Assembly (NCBI GenBank): GCA_009859145.1
Contig: VRVR01000025.1
Location: 7,211-71,210 of the forward strand
DNA length: 64,000 nucleotides
Source: Andalucia godoyi And28
Taxonomy: Eukaryota; Protista; Jakobida
Direction of reading: 5' to 3'
A program made the position numbers and the translations under genes. The notes below the pieces were generated by a model. The model ran no database searches. It had not been told where the DNA came from and saw only the letters and a list, made by a program, of their open reading frames with translations. Below are positions 1 to 9,198 of the stretch, piece after piece. Within the stretch, counting starts at the first letter, position 1. Every line of letters begins with the position of its first letter.

Positions 1-2
1 TA

Positions 3-146
3 ATTCCACGACAGCTGCTGACCCCAGGAAGGCCGAGCGCAGGCTACAAGGATCACAAGGCAAATAGCAGAAAAAGCCGCAGAGTGCATCAAGGCAGAGA
101 GCAGCAGTCGACCTCTCAGGAAGATGAAAAGAAAAAACTGAACTAA
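3..146 (+). CDS. Probable 3' end of a gene entering from the left edge (…RRVHQGREQQSTSQEDEKKKLN*)
   Basis: Frame is open from nt 3 to TAA at 144-146 and gives a charged, C-terminus-like peptide. No family recognised. Confidence 0.3.
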   Translation: MPRQLLTPGRPSAGYKDHKANSRKSRRVHQGREQQSTSQEDEKKKLN

Positions 147-480
147 AGATCGTGATGCAGACGAGACCAAAAGAAACCGAATGCACCGAATGCAAAAACG
201 TGTATTTGACGGCATAGGGTTCTGCCGATTAGGGTTTGTTTATTGTTTACGCATATTGCACGGCTTTAACACAAAGAATGGGTTGAGGCTTGCGGTGATG
301 TAACATATCGGAAGTATCTAACGACCGGTTACTCTCTGTCTCTCTCTCTCACCTTCCTTTCTTTTAAGAACTGCTGTACTTTCTGTGCGATCAGAACCAT
401 GCAGTCGCTGATCATGCGAAAAGACGTCTCCTGCTCATTAGAACGTTTGCGGTGCTCTTGGCCGCTCGCCGAAACATGAA

Positions 481-964
481 ATCTTTATTGGTCATCGGGC
501 TAAGCTGTCGCAGAAGACAGATCGAAGACACATGTGTTTTGTTATAATGGGGAGATCACTGACTCTTTAATGCGGTCAAAGGGGTCATTGCAACCAACAT
601 ATTTCCCCCAGTCGATTCAACATTCAAAGAAATGAACGCCGGAGGAAACAGAATGTGGTCGGTGAACGACGCCGCGACTGACGACGCTTTGACTTTGCTC
701 CATCTTGTCCTCTGACTTGAAAAGCGCATTCCGAACGCAATCGATCACTTCCTCGTGATTTGATCATCATCCGCTTGATCAGCAAGTTGCGACGAGCAGG
801 GGATCAACGGGTTTCTTCGTTCTCGGTATCATCGGGCATGACCGGGTTTGCGTTTGCTGGGAAGATCCCTCTTTGGAGCGATGAGATGTTTTGGTTCTGA
901 TGAAAGGTGTTGCTTGAGAGTTCGGTTATGTAAAGCACAAAAACAGAAATAACAGAAGAATTAA
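481..964 (-). repeat. Dispersed repeat family 1, module A, copy 1 (inverted relative to 44304-44787)
   Basis: Manual alignment: 484 bp, no indels, 4 mismatches against the reverse complement of 44304-44787. Weaker similarity extends to about 440 and 977. Confidence 0.95.
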
Positions 965-1137
965 AAACCAAAGAGTGAAAAAATTCTGGACTTGACTACG
1001 GTAAGACAATGTTATTTGTGTGATGTTCAACGGTGATCCACAAAGCTGTCAGGCGTCTTCCGCGGCACCGCTTTGCGAAAAACGATTATGCATTCCTATG
1101 TGAAAGAGCCGTAAAAAAAAAAAAGAGAGCCAAAAAA

Positions 1138-1857
1138 ATGAGGATTACGATTGCACGGCGGGCGGCGACGATAGCATCCTCGATAATGGTGTTTGGCTTT
1201 TTGATGGGAGTTTTGGCGATTCTGCAAACGCCGTGGAACACGATCACTTGCTCCAATGACTTCAACGGCTCCACAACGGCCGACTGCTTTACAAATGCAT
1301 TCGACCAGACGCAGTTCCAGTGGGGTCTTTCGCGGTATCGAGTGGTTCTTTCCACGAACAACGAGTACTATGCGTTCTCCGGCTCTTACTGGAACTCTCT
1401 GTGCAAAGATTCGGAAATGTGTAGCGCGATCCGGGCACATGCGGGAGGAGTCAGTTTCGTCGCGGCTGTGTTCTTCGTTGGCTCAGCAATACAGCTGTTC
1501 TTCATGGTTCAAGTCTGGCGGCTGATGGGCTCAGCGCGGGCAGAGACCTACGCGTGGTACATAAAATACCTACATGCTTCAACGCTTGGCATGTGGATCA
1601 TCAACGGGACGATTGTAATTGCGGCTGCCAAGATGGGTATCTCGCTGAGTGCCCCGGATTTGTCAAGCTTCCTCTCTTCGGTTGTGGATGGGGCAGTGAC
1701 AGTCTCTGGATCGAATTACGGCACAGACACGTCGATCTCTGGAGAGACTTCCGTCGGATGGGGAATCTTTGTGTTTCTCACGGTGCTCAGCTTTCTTCAA
1801 GGCGTAATGCAGTACTTCGCAGGCCGAAAGTGGATCACTTTTTCCCCGCAACAATAA
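1138..1857 (+). CDS. Tetraspan membrane protein, claudin/PMP22/amastin-like topology
   Basis: ATG at 1138 (MRITIARR). About four hydrophobic segments; first extracellular loop has FQWGL and several Cys, loosely like the claudin W-GLW/Cys signature. Confidence 0.5.
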   Translation: MRITIARRAATIASSIMVFGFLMGVLAILQTPWNTITCSNDFNGSTTADCFTNAFDQTQFQWGLSRYRVVLSTNNEYYAFSGSYWNSLCKDSEMCSAIRAHAGGVSFVAAVFFVGSAIQLFFMVQVWRLMGSARAETYAWYIKYLHASTLGMWIINGTIVIAAAKMGISLSAPDLSSFLSSVVDGAVTVSGSNYGTDTSISGETSVGWGIFVFLTVLSFLQGVMQYFAGRKWITFSPQQ

Positions 1858-2030
1858 AAGAAGGAGTCTCCGGTGTTATGATCAGCCCTCTGCAACTGCA
1901 ACTGCGCTTCTTTTATTTAGGAAACAATCAAACGTTTCTCTCGCGGAACAGGCAAGCACTTTTGGTTATCAAGGCCAGCTTTTCCAGAGGAAATTCACGG
2001 GAATGTTTTCGCACAATCATCGATTCTCAA

Positions 2031-5000
2031 CTACACGTGCTGCGGTTCTTTGTCTTCGAGTTGCAGTAGACGTTGGAACATACGCTCCGTGACCTTTGAT
2101 TTTAAAAAACGATCGATCTTCTTGGTGGTGATGGACTGCGGGACACGACTTAACATCATTTTTCGCAGCAGCTCATGACTGTCTGGGATTGGTTGCCATG
2201 GCATGCTGTTTGCGTGACCTGGATGCAGGCGCTCGAGAGCTCTCCTGTCCTTCTTGGTGATTTCCATGAAAATGCTGGAGTTTCGCAGCCACAAATCTGT
2301 CCAAAACAAGACCCAATATCTACGGCGAGGACTGACGTCCCACTGCGCAAGGCAGCTGTACAGGAAATCGAAATCTGCCTTTTTCGTGGACAGAAATGCA
2401 TGCAGTCGACGGTCTTTGGATGCGGCTCGGAACATCGATTCGACTTCGCTTCTCTGCATGTGATCATTGCTGAAAATCGAAATATAGGAAGCATAGCTGA
2501 GTACGTCTCTCTTCCATTTGCGAATTCGTTGCATCTTACTTCGATACGTCATGATACTTTGTTGCACGTTGCCAAGATACCTTTCCCATATCAGCCTGTT
2601 TTCCTGTCGGTACAGGAACGTCCTCAGTGTACCCGTTTCCTCATTTGCAGACGCGTCGAAACCGATGCTCGATCCGTAAATTGTAGTTTTTTCATTGTAG
2701 TGCCAATCGCCATCACCGTCTTTCCCCTCGCCATCACAATAGTAAAGAGAAACTTTGAAGCCCGCGCAAAACGGCTGTGTGGAAACACCGGAAACCGTTA
2801 ATTTTGCGTGTTTGAAAGAAATTGTGGCTGATGTGGTGTAGGATTCGACTCGGCCGTCACTTCCCTGTCGAGTTTTTGTGTACTTGCGCACTTCAGAGTG
2901 CGGATTGTATACCGCTTCTGAAGCAATCGACAGAGATCTGAGCTTCTGGCGCACCAGTCTCATCTTGTTCACAGCCTCGGATGACTGGGAATTAACCATT
3001 TCCAGCCACTTCGACTGCGCGACCGAGACGAGGATATCCTTGTCCGCAAAATCTGAAACCCAAATACATTCAAATGGAAATGCGAAAACAAACCCTTTTC
3101 CAAAATGTCCATATGCCGGATTATAGATATCGTGACCTTCTAGATGCTGCTGCACCGCAATGTAGAGTTCCACAGTTTTCGAATCTTCCCAGTCCCGCAC
3201 TGCGTTAGCGTATCGGTCCCTTCCAACGTTCAGCATGATTTCTCGATTTTCTGCCAACCGTTCATAAGGATATCCTTTGAAATCCAGTAAATTCGGGGTC
3301 ATCGATTCGCTGTAGACAAACGCAAACTTGTTATCCCGGAACTGCTTTGCAATTGCGAGGAGCTTTTTGCGATCGCTCTGCAACTGCTTGCTGGCTTGCT
3401 TATCGACTGTTTGCAACGACTGTGCGTTGGCTTGCAGCTCTTCCGAGATTCCAATGGATTGAAGGTGAAACTCGAAAAATGGTAACCAGATGCGTCGCAT
3501 TCGTTCAAAGTCCCAGTCGACGACGTGAAAAGGAGCCCACACCATAGAAACGAAACGCTCACGGTTTCGGATTCTTTCCTTCAGCTTTGACGCTGCCGAT
3601 GAACTGACAAGCAGGGGCTGTGAAGTTGAATGCAAAATAGAAACATGCTCCCTATCAGGGGAACTGCGTACAAGGATACTGGAAAATTCTACTGATCGCA
3701 GCACCATTCTCCAAATAGAGTTGATTCCTGGAATCTCCAGAAGAATCACGACAATGATGGAAAGGTAAACAATCACTGTCAGAAGGATCAAGAAAACGCC
3801 GAGACCCGACGGTGCTTCATGGCCAGAACAAGCTATGCAGAATCCAACAAAGCAGTGGAACATTAAACTTGCTCCAAGGGCAATCTGAAAATTGTTCTCG
3901 TCTCTGCGAATGCAAATGGGCTTCCATACAAACAACGCCGTCCAGCAACTATTAAGGACAAGCTGCAACAAACATTGGAATACCGTTACGGAACTCGAGT
4001 CAAAAAGAGCATTAGGGGTCAAGATGGAGGCCAGCAGAACGACGATCAGCTTATAACCGAGCGTAAGCACACGAAACGCGCACCATTCGGGGCGAAACCC
4101 ATCAAACATGAATTTGAATGGACTTTCATCAGACGAAAGCCGCAAAACGTAGGTGGATACAACGTTCTTGTCATACTCGCCACGTTCGTTGTAGTAGGAA
4201 ATCATAGGAATACCTCCTTGCACAATAAAGAGGCAGATCGCAGGAAACAAGCAGGTTAAGCAAAACAAATTGAAAACAGCGGCAACAATATACGATGCGT
4301 CACTGCCTACACCAGTGTCCGAAAAGCAAGATCTGTTGGAAAACACGTCTGTATTGTTTTTCGCACCATTGCAGAAGAAGATCAGGATGGAAAGACTGGT
4401 GGCCGGAGTGAAAAAAAGGAGGCCCAGCTCAAAAACAACGCGATTGAATACTCGGACTGCTTTTCGACGACGAGCCCACACTTGAACTTCCAAGCCATCC
4501 CGGTGATCGGGAGACCCGTTGGACAGAGCCAGCGCGGTAATCGCGAACAGAATTCCGAGAACAGTGAGGAGTGTGAAGCGAGTCGCATCATCCATCGACA
4601 AGAACGAGAATTGCAGCGAAAACGGAAACGTGATCCCGTTGAAGAACGACACAAAATTGCGAGGAAACTGAATGCTCCCAATAAACACGGACATGATCTG
4701 CGAATAGTTCACCAGCATCTCCAGTTTCCACAAGGCCCGCATTAACGGAGAGCCATAGTTGTCGAACAACCCAGTCGTCGTTTTGTTGGAAGGATCTGTT
4801 CTGCGCGGCACAAACTTGCCGACCATGTCAAAATTTCGAGAAACGTCCAGTTCCTTGGCCAAACACGACTCAACGTCTTCTTCCGGCTCTCGCACAACGG
4901 CCCCGTCTTCAACATTCTCAGCGTGATTTCGACCGATTTCATCTGCGGAAGTCTGTGATGATTGATAACCATCAGAGAAAGCGGGGGAGGCGGACGCAGT

Positions 5001-5135
5001 AATCAAGCACTCCTTTTCCCTGGACTGCGTGACAACATCGCCGACTTGAACGGTGCTGTCTGCTGACAGAGACGATGTCTCGGACACGAAACTCTCGTAA
5101 GGATTATCTATGTTTTCCGAATGACTCTGGCTCAT
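2031..5135 (-). CDS. Uncharacterised multi-pass membrane protein (about 8-9 TM) with a long cytosolic C-terminal domain
   Basis: Uninterrupted ORF of about 1030 aa; first ATG at 5135 (MSQSHSEN). Hydrophobic block from LWKLEMLVNYSQ to VIVYLSIIVVIL includes FRPEWCAFRVLTLGYKLI; followed by about 550 soluble residues. Confidence 0.8.
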   Translation of the reverse strand: MSQSHSENIDNPYESFVSETSSLSADSTVQVGDVVTQSREKECLITASASPAFSDGYQSSQTSADEIGRNHAENVEDGAVVREPEEDVESCLAKELDVSRNFDMVGKFVPRRTDPSNKTTTGLFDNYGSPLMRALWKLEMLVNYSQIMSVFIGSIQFPRNFVSFFNGITFPFSLQFSFLSMDDATRFTLLTVLGILFAITALALSNGSPDHRDGLEVQVWARRRKAVRVFNRVVFELGLLFFTPATSLSILIFFCNGAKNNTDVFSNRSCFSDTGVGSDASYIVAAVFNLFCLTCLFPAICLFIVQGGIPMISYYNERGEYDKNVVSTYVLRLSSDESPFKFMFDGFRPEWCAFRVLTLGYKLIVVLLASILTPNALFDSSSVTVFQCLLQLVLNSCWTALFVWKPICIRRDENNFQIALGASLMFHCFVGFCIACSGHEAPSGLGVFLILLTVIVYLSIIVVILLEIPGINSIWRMVLRSVEFSSILVRSSPDREHVSILHSTSQPLLVSSSAASKLKERIRNRERFVSMVWAPFHVVDWDFERMRRIWLPFFEFHLQSIGISEELQANAQSLQTVDKQASKQLQSDRKKLLAIAKQFRDNKFAFVYSESMTPNLLDFKGYPYERLAENREIMLNVGRDRYANAVRDWEDSKTVELYIAVQQHLEGHDIYNPAYGHFGKGFVFAFPFECIWVSDFADKDILVSVAQSKWLEMVNSQSSEAVNKMRLVRQKLRSLSIASEAVYNPHSEVRKYTKTRQGSDGRVESYTTSATISFKHAKLTVSGVSTQPFCAGFKVSLYYCDGEGKDGDGDWHYNEKTTIYGSSIGFDASANEETGTLRTFLYRQENRLIWERYLGNVQQSIMTYRSKMQRIRKWKRDVLSYASYISIFSNDHMQRSEVESMFRAASKDRRLHAFLSTKKADFDFLYSCLAQWDVSPRRRYWVLFWTDLWLRNSSIFMEITKKDRRALERLHPGHANSMPWQPIPDSHELLRKMMLSRVPQSITTKKIDRFLKSKVTERMFQRLLQLEDKEPQHV

Positions 5136-5462
5136 GATTTCGAAGTTTGTTGGAACACCCACGAAAAGACAAGAAATTTATTGTTTGAAAGAATGCTCAT
5201 TGGCGGAGAAAGCACGCTGGTCTGCAAATCTTTCAGCCAGGCCGCCCAGCGACAGACTGGGCGTTTCCAAAAAGATTCCGTTTTCCGCGGTCTGAGGACA
5301 AATCTGCTTCTCCGTTGTCAAATTGCATCAACCAGGAGGAGTATTCGCAAAAAAGAGACGCAGGCCCCTTGTCCATCTCAGACCTTTGCAGATGCACACC
5401 GAACCCCAGAGAACGCTCTCCTGTCTCGGAAATCGAGTGTCTCCAATTAGTTTGGTTTACCG

Positions 5463-5619
5463 TCGTCCCACTCAACCACTCTTGTCGGTTTCGTCTGCGG
5501 CGTGTCGGCATCGCCAACGTGCAGGAAGAAGGAAACAAAACCACGAAGAAATAAAGGACGGACAACCAGGTTTTGCATGTTTTACATGCATGCACCTAGG
5601 AGTGTCCAAAACCTTTTTG
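5463..5619 (+). repeat. Dispersed repeat family 2, copy 1 (internally deleted form)
   Basis: 5493-5619 is identical to 61778-61904 (127 bp). 5463-5493 matches 61589-61619 with one mismatch. Confidence 0.95.
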
Positions 5620-5766
5620 ATCACATGAAATTAGTTATTATGCAGGATGTTAGCTGTGGAGAATGTGTGCAAAAACCGACTAGAGGGCTTCAGAATATGG
5701 TCTTCCCTGATTCTTTTTATTTTATTTTAACTTTGTTACCTCGACACCGGCGCAAAGAAAACACGG

Positions 5767-6852
5767 CTACATCTCCTCGCCAGCCACCCATTTTCGAATA
5801 ATATGCAGCGCATGTGGTGCAACTTCCTGCATTACGGAAGAATGCAAAAGAACGCTAGCTTGTGACCGCAGCGCAGGATCTCGCTGCAAAAGCGTGGAGA
5901 CAAGGTCGGATAATGCAGGTGAGATCGAGGGGAAGACAGACAGCAAGGATGGAACTGGTTGCTCACTGATCGCCGCCACAAGTGTCCAGAACGACTGTCC
6001 TTCTTCCTGAGAATTAGACACAAAGGGATTCTTCCCGGCAGCTAGTTCCCAAAGAGCAACTCCAACGCTCCACAAGTCACTCGCAAGCGAGTGACCGTGT
6101 CCCATCAAACGCTCTGGCGACATGTACAGAGCCGAGCCGGTGAAAGAGAATGCATTGTCCATGGAATTACGCAACACGCGAGACGTGTTGAAATCCGCAT
6201 ATTTGACATGTCCATCTGTACTAACGAGCACGTTGGAAGGTTTGATGTCCCGATGAATGATTTTCAGATCGTGCAGTTGCGACAATCCTCGAAGCATTTG
6301 GAACGCGATGGCGGAGACAACAGCAGAAGAGCAACCTCTTCCAGCACGGCGAAAATGTTCCTGTGCGATTGAAGCGACTGATCCTGCATTCATGTATTCC
6401 AAAACCAAAAAGAGGTCTCCGTCCAACACGTAGTATCCGTAGTAATCCACAATGCACGACATCTGTATCGGGTCCGAAGACTGCGTCTGTGAATTCGCAG
6501 ACACTTTGGCAAAAGCGTCAAGTTCGCGGATCATCGAGGAATTCAACTCTTCAGTGACCAACCGAACACGCTTTAACGCAACCATTCGACCAGTCGGCTC
6601 GTGCCTGGCAAGAACTACCGTTGAGAAAGCACCAGTACCTAGCTCTTTGATCGGCGTAAACTGTGAAGGTGTAAATGAAAATACATGTGCATCCAGTGGG
6701 TGCGCTGACATGACATCGTGTTCTTCGGAAATCTCGGAGCGTTGTTGTATCGACTGCGTCGAATTTACATTGGAAGACTGCGTTTCGGATGCAGCTGATG
6801 CGGTCACGGGGGGCAGGTAGGGGGTGTTGATGGACAAAGGCGGGAGGTTCAT
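5767..6852 (-). CDS. STE-family MAP kinase kinase (MAP2K/MEK-like)
   Basis: LGTGAFSTV Gly loop, VALKRV, IIHRDIKPSNVL, DFN, YMSPERL, DLWSVG. Activation loop SMDNAFS (S-x5-S). Confidence 0.9.
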   Translation of the reverse strand: MNLPPLSINTPYLPPVTASAASETQSSNVNSTQSIQQRSEISEEHDVMSAHPLDAHVFSFTPSQFTPIKELGTGAFSTVVLARHEPTGRMVALKRVRLVTEELNSSMIRELDAFAKVSANSQTQSSDPIQMSCIVDYYGYYVLDGDLFLVLEYMNAGSVASIAQEHFRRAGRGCSSAVVSAIAFQMLRGLSQLHDLKIIHRDIKPSNVLVSTDGHVKYADFNTSRVLRNSMDNAFSFTGSALYMSPERLMGHGHSLASDLWSVGVALWELAAGKNPFVSNSQEEGQSFWTLVAAISEQPVPSLLSVFPSISPALSDLVSTLLQRDPALRSQASVLLHSSVMQEVAPHALHIIRKWVAGEEM

Positions 6853-7351
6853 CTTTTGCTTTCTGATTGTGGCTGCAAATCCACTCGAGGGGTGGGGGGT
6901 TGGAGATTCAGCGAGGGGCTCGAAATTATCGGGCTACGAGAAAGAGAAAAAATGGAGAGCTTCAGAACGGCGGACAGTAAGGGTCAAGCATCCAGCAAGC
7001 CTTGTCTGAGGGGTTCCCGGGAGGAGAAAAAGAGGGGGGAGGGAAATCAAAAATCGAAAATAAAGCATCAAAGATGGTGGACTTGATACTGTGTGGAGAA
7101 AACCAACCACTCCTTTTTTGTGGGTGCGTGGGCGTTCCCGATTTCCCGATGTTTTTCCTGCGCCTTCTTTCCCCCAATTTCCGCCGTATTGTATTGTGAA
7201 TTTCAAACGGCACAATACATAGCAAGCAGGGCCGAATAATTCGTTGAAGCTTTCTTCTTCTTGTTGTTGTTGTTGTTGTTGTTGTTGCTTGTTTTTATTA
7301 TCATTTTTCGAACTTCTAGCGAAATCAAAATATTGGAAAAAGCTCTTCTGC

Positions 7352-9076
7352 ATGTTTTCTGTTGTTTCTGATCCTGTTGTCGGACGCAAAGTCGTTGCGA
7401 CCACCGATATCTCTGCAGGCACGACGATTGTTGTTGCGTCGCCACTGTACCACTTGTTGCAGTTTTCGGACTTGGAGCTGTACTGTTGTGGATGCACGAT
7501 TCCGATGCCGCAGGAGAATCCAGTGGGATGGCACGAGTGCCAGCGCTGCAGATCGTGCACGTTTTGCAAGGATTGTCATCATGCAGATCCGGGCCTTGCG
7601 TTACAGTCTCACGTGGAATCTGGGGAGTGCGATTTTTTCATCCATTTGAAGTTGGCTGGCGATAAGTCGCCGTTTCTTTCTCAGTTTGGATCCCACATCG
7701 AGACCATTCGAACGGTTCTTCGATCGAATTGGTCTATTCGGAATGGATATGCGTCGTTTGAGAAGGACGTCGCGCACCTGCAGCAAATGAATGAAAGCAC
7801 CGGCCTGACGCAGGACATGAAGTTGGAGCTTCAAGATGGGACAGCGTTGCTGGTAAAATGGATCAATGACGTGAAGGAAGGTCGGTGGAACGAATGGAAT
7901 CCGGAATTGGACGCTGTTCGGCAGTCGAAGAGGAAATCAGATACCACTTCATCGGATAGTGACGACGACAACGACGACAATGATGATCGTTCAGAGCCCT
8001 CTGTGGAAGAAACACAGCGAATCCAGAGTTTGAAAGAAGCGTACGCAATGCTCAAACCGACTGCTGTTGATCTCGTAATGTCGGAATCGCAGATTCAGGA
8101 TCTGTTGCTTGCGGTGCCGTTCAATCAGCATGGAATCGTGAATTCCGACAACCATCTGATCGGCACGGGTCTTTTCCCTTCGGCGTGCATGTTCAACCAT
8201 TCATGTCGTCCAAATGTCCTGTGGCACTTGCGTCCCACTCCTGGAGAATTCCCTCCTGTCCAGGTTCACTATGTCGCAGTTGCGGATGTGAAGGCAGAAG
8301 AGTCGTTGAACATCGTCTACTTGGATGTGTTTGAATCGTATGCGTCGCGGCAAGCAATGTTCGAGTCGACGTATCACACCCAATGCAAATGCGAGAGATG
8401 TTGCCTCAAAGGAACCGACATTGTCGACGAGATGCTTGTGAATCCCCTTTGCACAGCTTGCGGAACTCTCATGCGAAAGCTGTCGATAGAGGAAGATGTC
8501 TTGAAATGCGCGAAATGTGGAAGAGACGTTCCTATGAGTAATGTGCGTCTGGACGAGGTGCAAGAATACTTTCGCCGCGTGTATCGCACCATGTACGATT
8601 TGATCAAGCAATCGAAACACGCAGAGGCGGCAGAAGTCATGAGAAAACAGTTGAAGACAGAGGAGCACGTTGTACACCGTGCAAACTACGCCATTCTGCA
8701 TTTTCTGCTAGAGTGCGAGGTCATTTTCCGCTCGACGCACGCATTCAAGGATGCGATGTGGTGCGCAAATGAAGCACTGAGTAGATTTGAAGAATTACAA
8801 AAGGCGGGGGGGGTGTGGGATTTTGCGATTACGACTCGTTTACGAATCAAAGCGCTGCAGACACAGGTGGCATACCTGTCTATATATGGACCAAATCACA
8901 TGTCCAAAGACGATCGGACTGGAATGATTGCCGATGCTGTTCTCGCCTGTCGTGATGCACTGTCCGAAATTCGGAAAAGCTGGGGAGACGGGTCTGAATG
9001 GGAAAGGAAAGTTGTCAAGATTCAGAAATGGGTGGACTCTTTCCAGCAACACTACCAGTCTTCCACTGGGAAGTAA
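7352..9076 (+). CDS. SMYD-family SET/MYND lysine methyltransferase
   Basis: ATG at 7352 (MFSVVSDPVVGRKVVAT, pre-SET GRxxVA). Cys/His MYND-like insert, GLFPSACMFNHSCRPN, NIVYLD, post-SET CKCERC, helical C-terminal domain. Confidence 0.88.
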   Translation: MFSVVSDPVVGRKVVATTDISAGTTIVVASPLYHLLQFSDLELYCCGCTIPMPQENPVGWHECQRCRSCTFCKDCHHADPGLALQSHVESGECDFFIHLKLAGDKSPFLSQFGSHIETIRTVLRSNWSIRNGYASFEKDVAHLQQMNESTGLTQDMKLELQDGTALLVKWINDVKEGRWNEWNPELDAVRQSKRKSDTTSSDSDDDNDDNDDRSEPSVEETQRIQSLKEAYAMLKPTAVDLVMSESQIQDLLLAVPFNQHGIVNSDNHLIGTGLFPSACMFNHSCRPNVLWHLRPTPGEFPPVQVHYVAVADVKAEESLNIVYLDVFESYASRQAMFESTYHTQCKCERCCLKGTDIVDEMLVNPLCTACGTLMRKLSIEEDVLKCAKCGRDVPMSNVRLDEVQEYFRRVYRTMYDLIKQSKHAEAAEVMRKQLKTEEHVVHRANYAILHFLLECEVIFRSTHAFKDAMWCANEALSRFEELQKAGGVWDFAITTRLRIKALQTQVAYLSIYGPNHMSKDDRTGMIADAVLACRDALSEIRKSWGDGSEWERKVVKIQKWVDSFQQHYQSSTGK

Positions 9077-9088
9077 AAACGAGTATGC

Positions 9089-9140
9089 GTACAGGTACAG
9101 GTACAGATACGGGTACAGGTACAGATACGGGTACGGGTAC
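9089..9140. repeat. Degenerate hexamer tandem repeat (RTACRG)n
   Basis: gtacag/atacgg/gtacgg units filling much of the short gap between two convergent stop codons. Confidence 0.85.
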
Positions 9141-9198
9141 ACAAGTGCAAGCGTTAACTGGCTCCAAATAACATCACACGAGGATTTCAGTATTGGCA

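Noticed and set aside
229-237. TTAGGGTTT telo-box/telomere-like 9-mers here and at 53349-53357
   Set aside because: Two isolated 9-mers in 64 kb are close to chance expectation, and there is no tandem telomeric array.
7340-7354. Shared start context (gc)tcttctgcATG preceded by GTT repeats in the SMYD gene and the gene at 37102
   Set aside because: Seen in only two genes and in low-complexity sequence; other starts do not share it.
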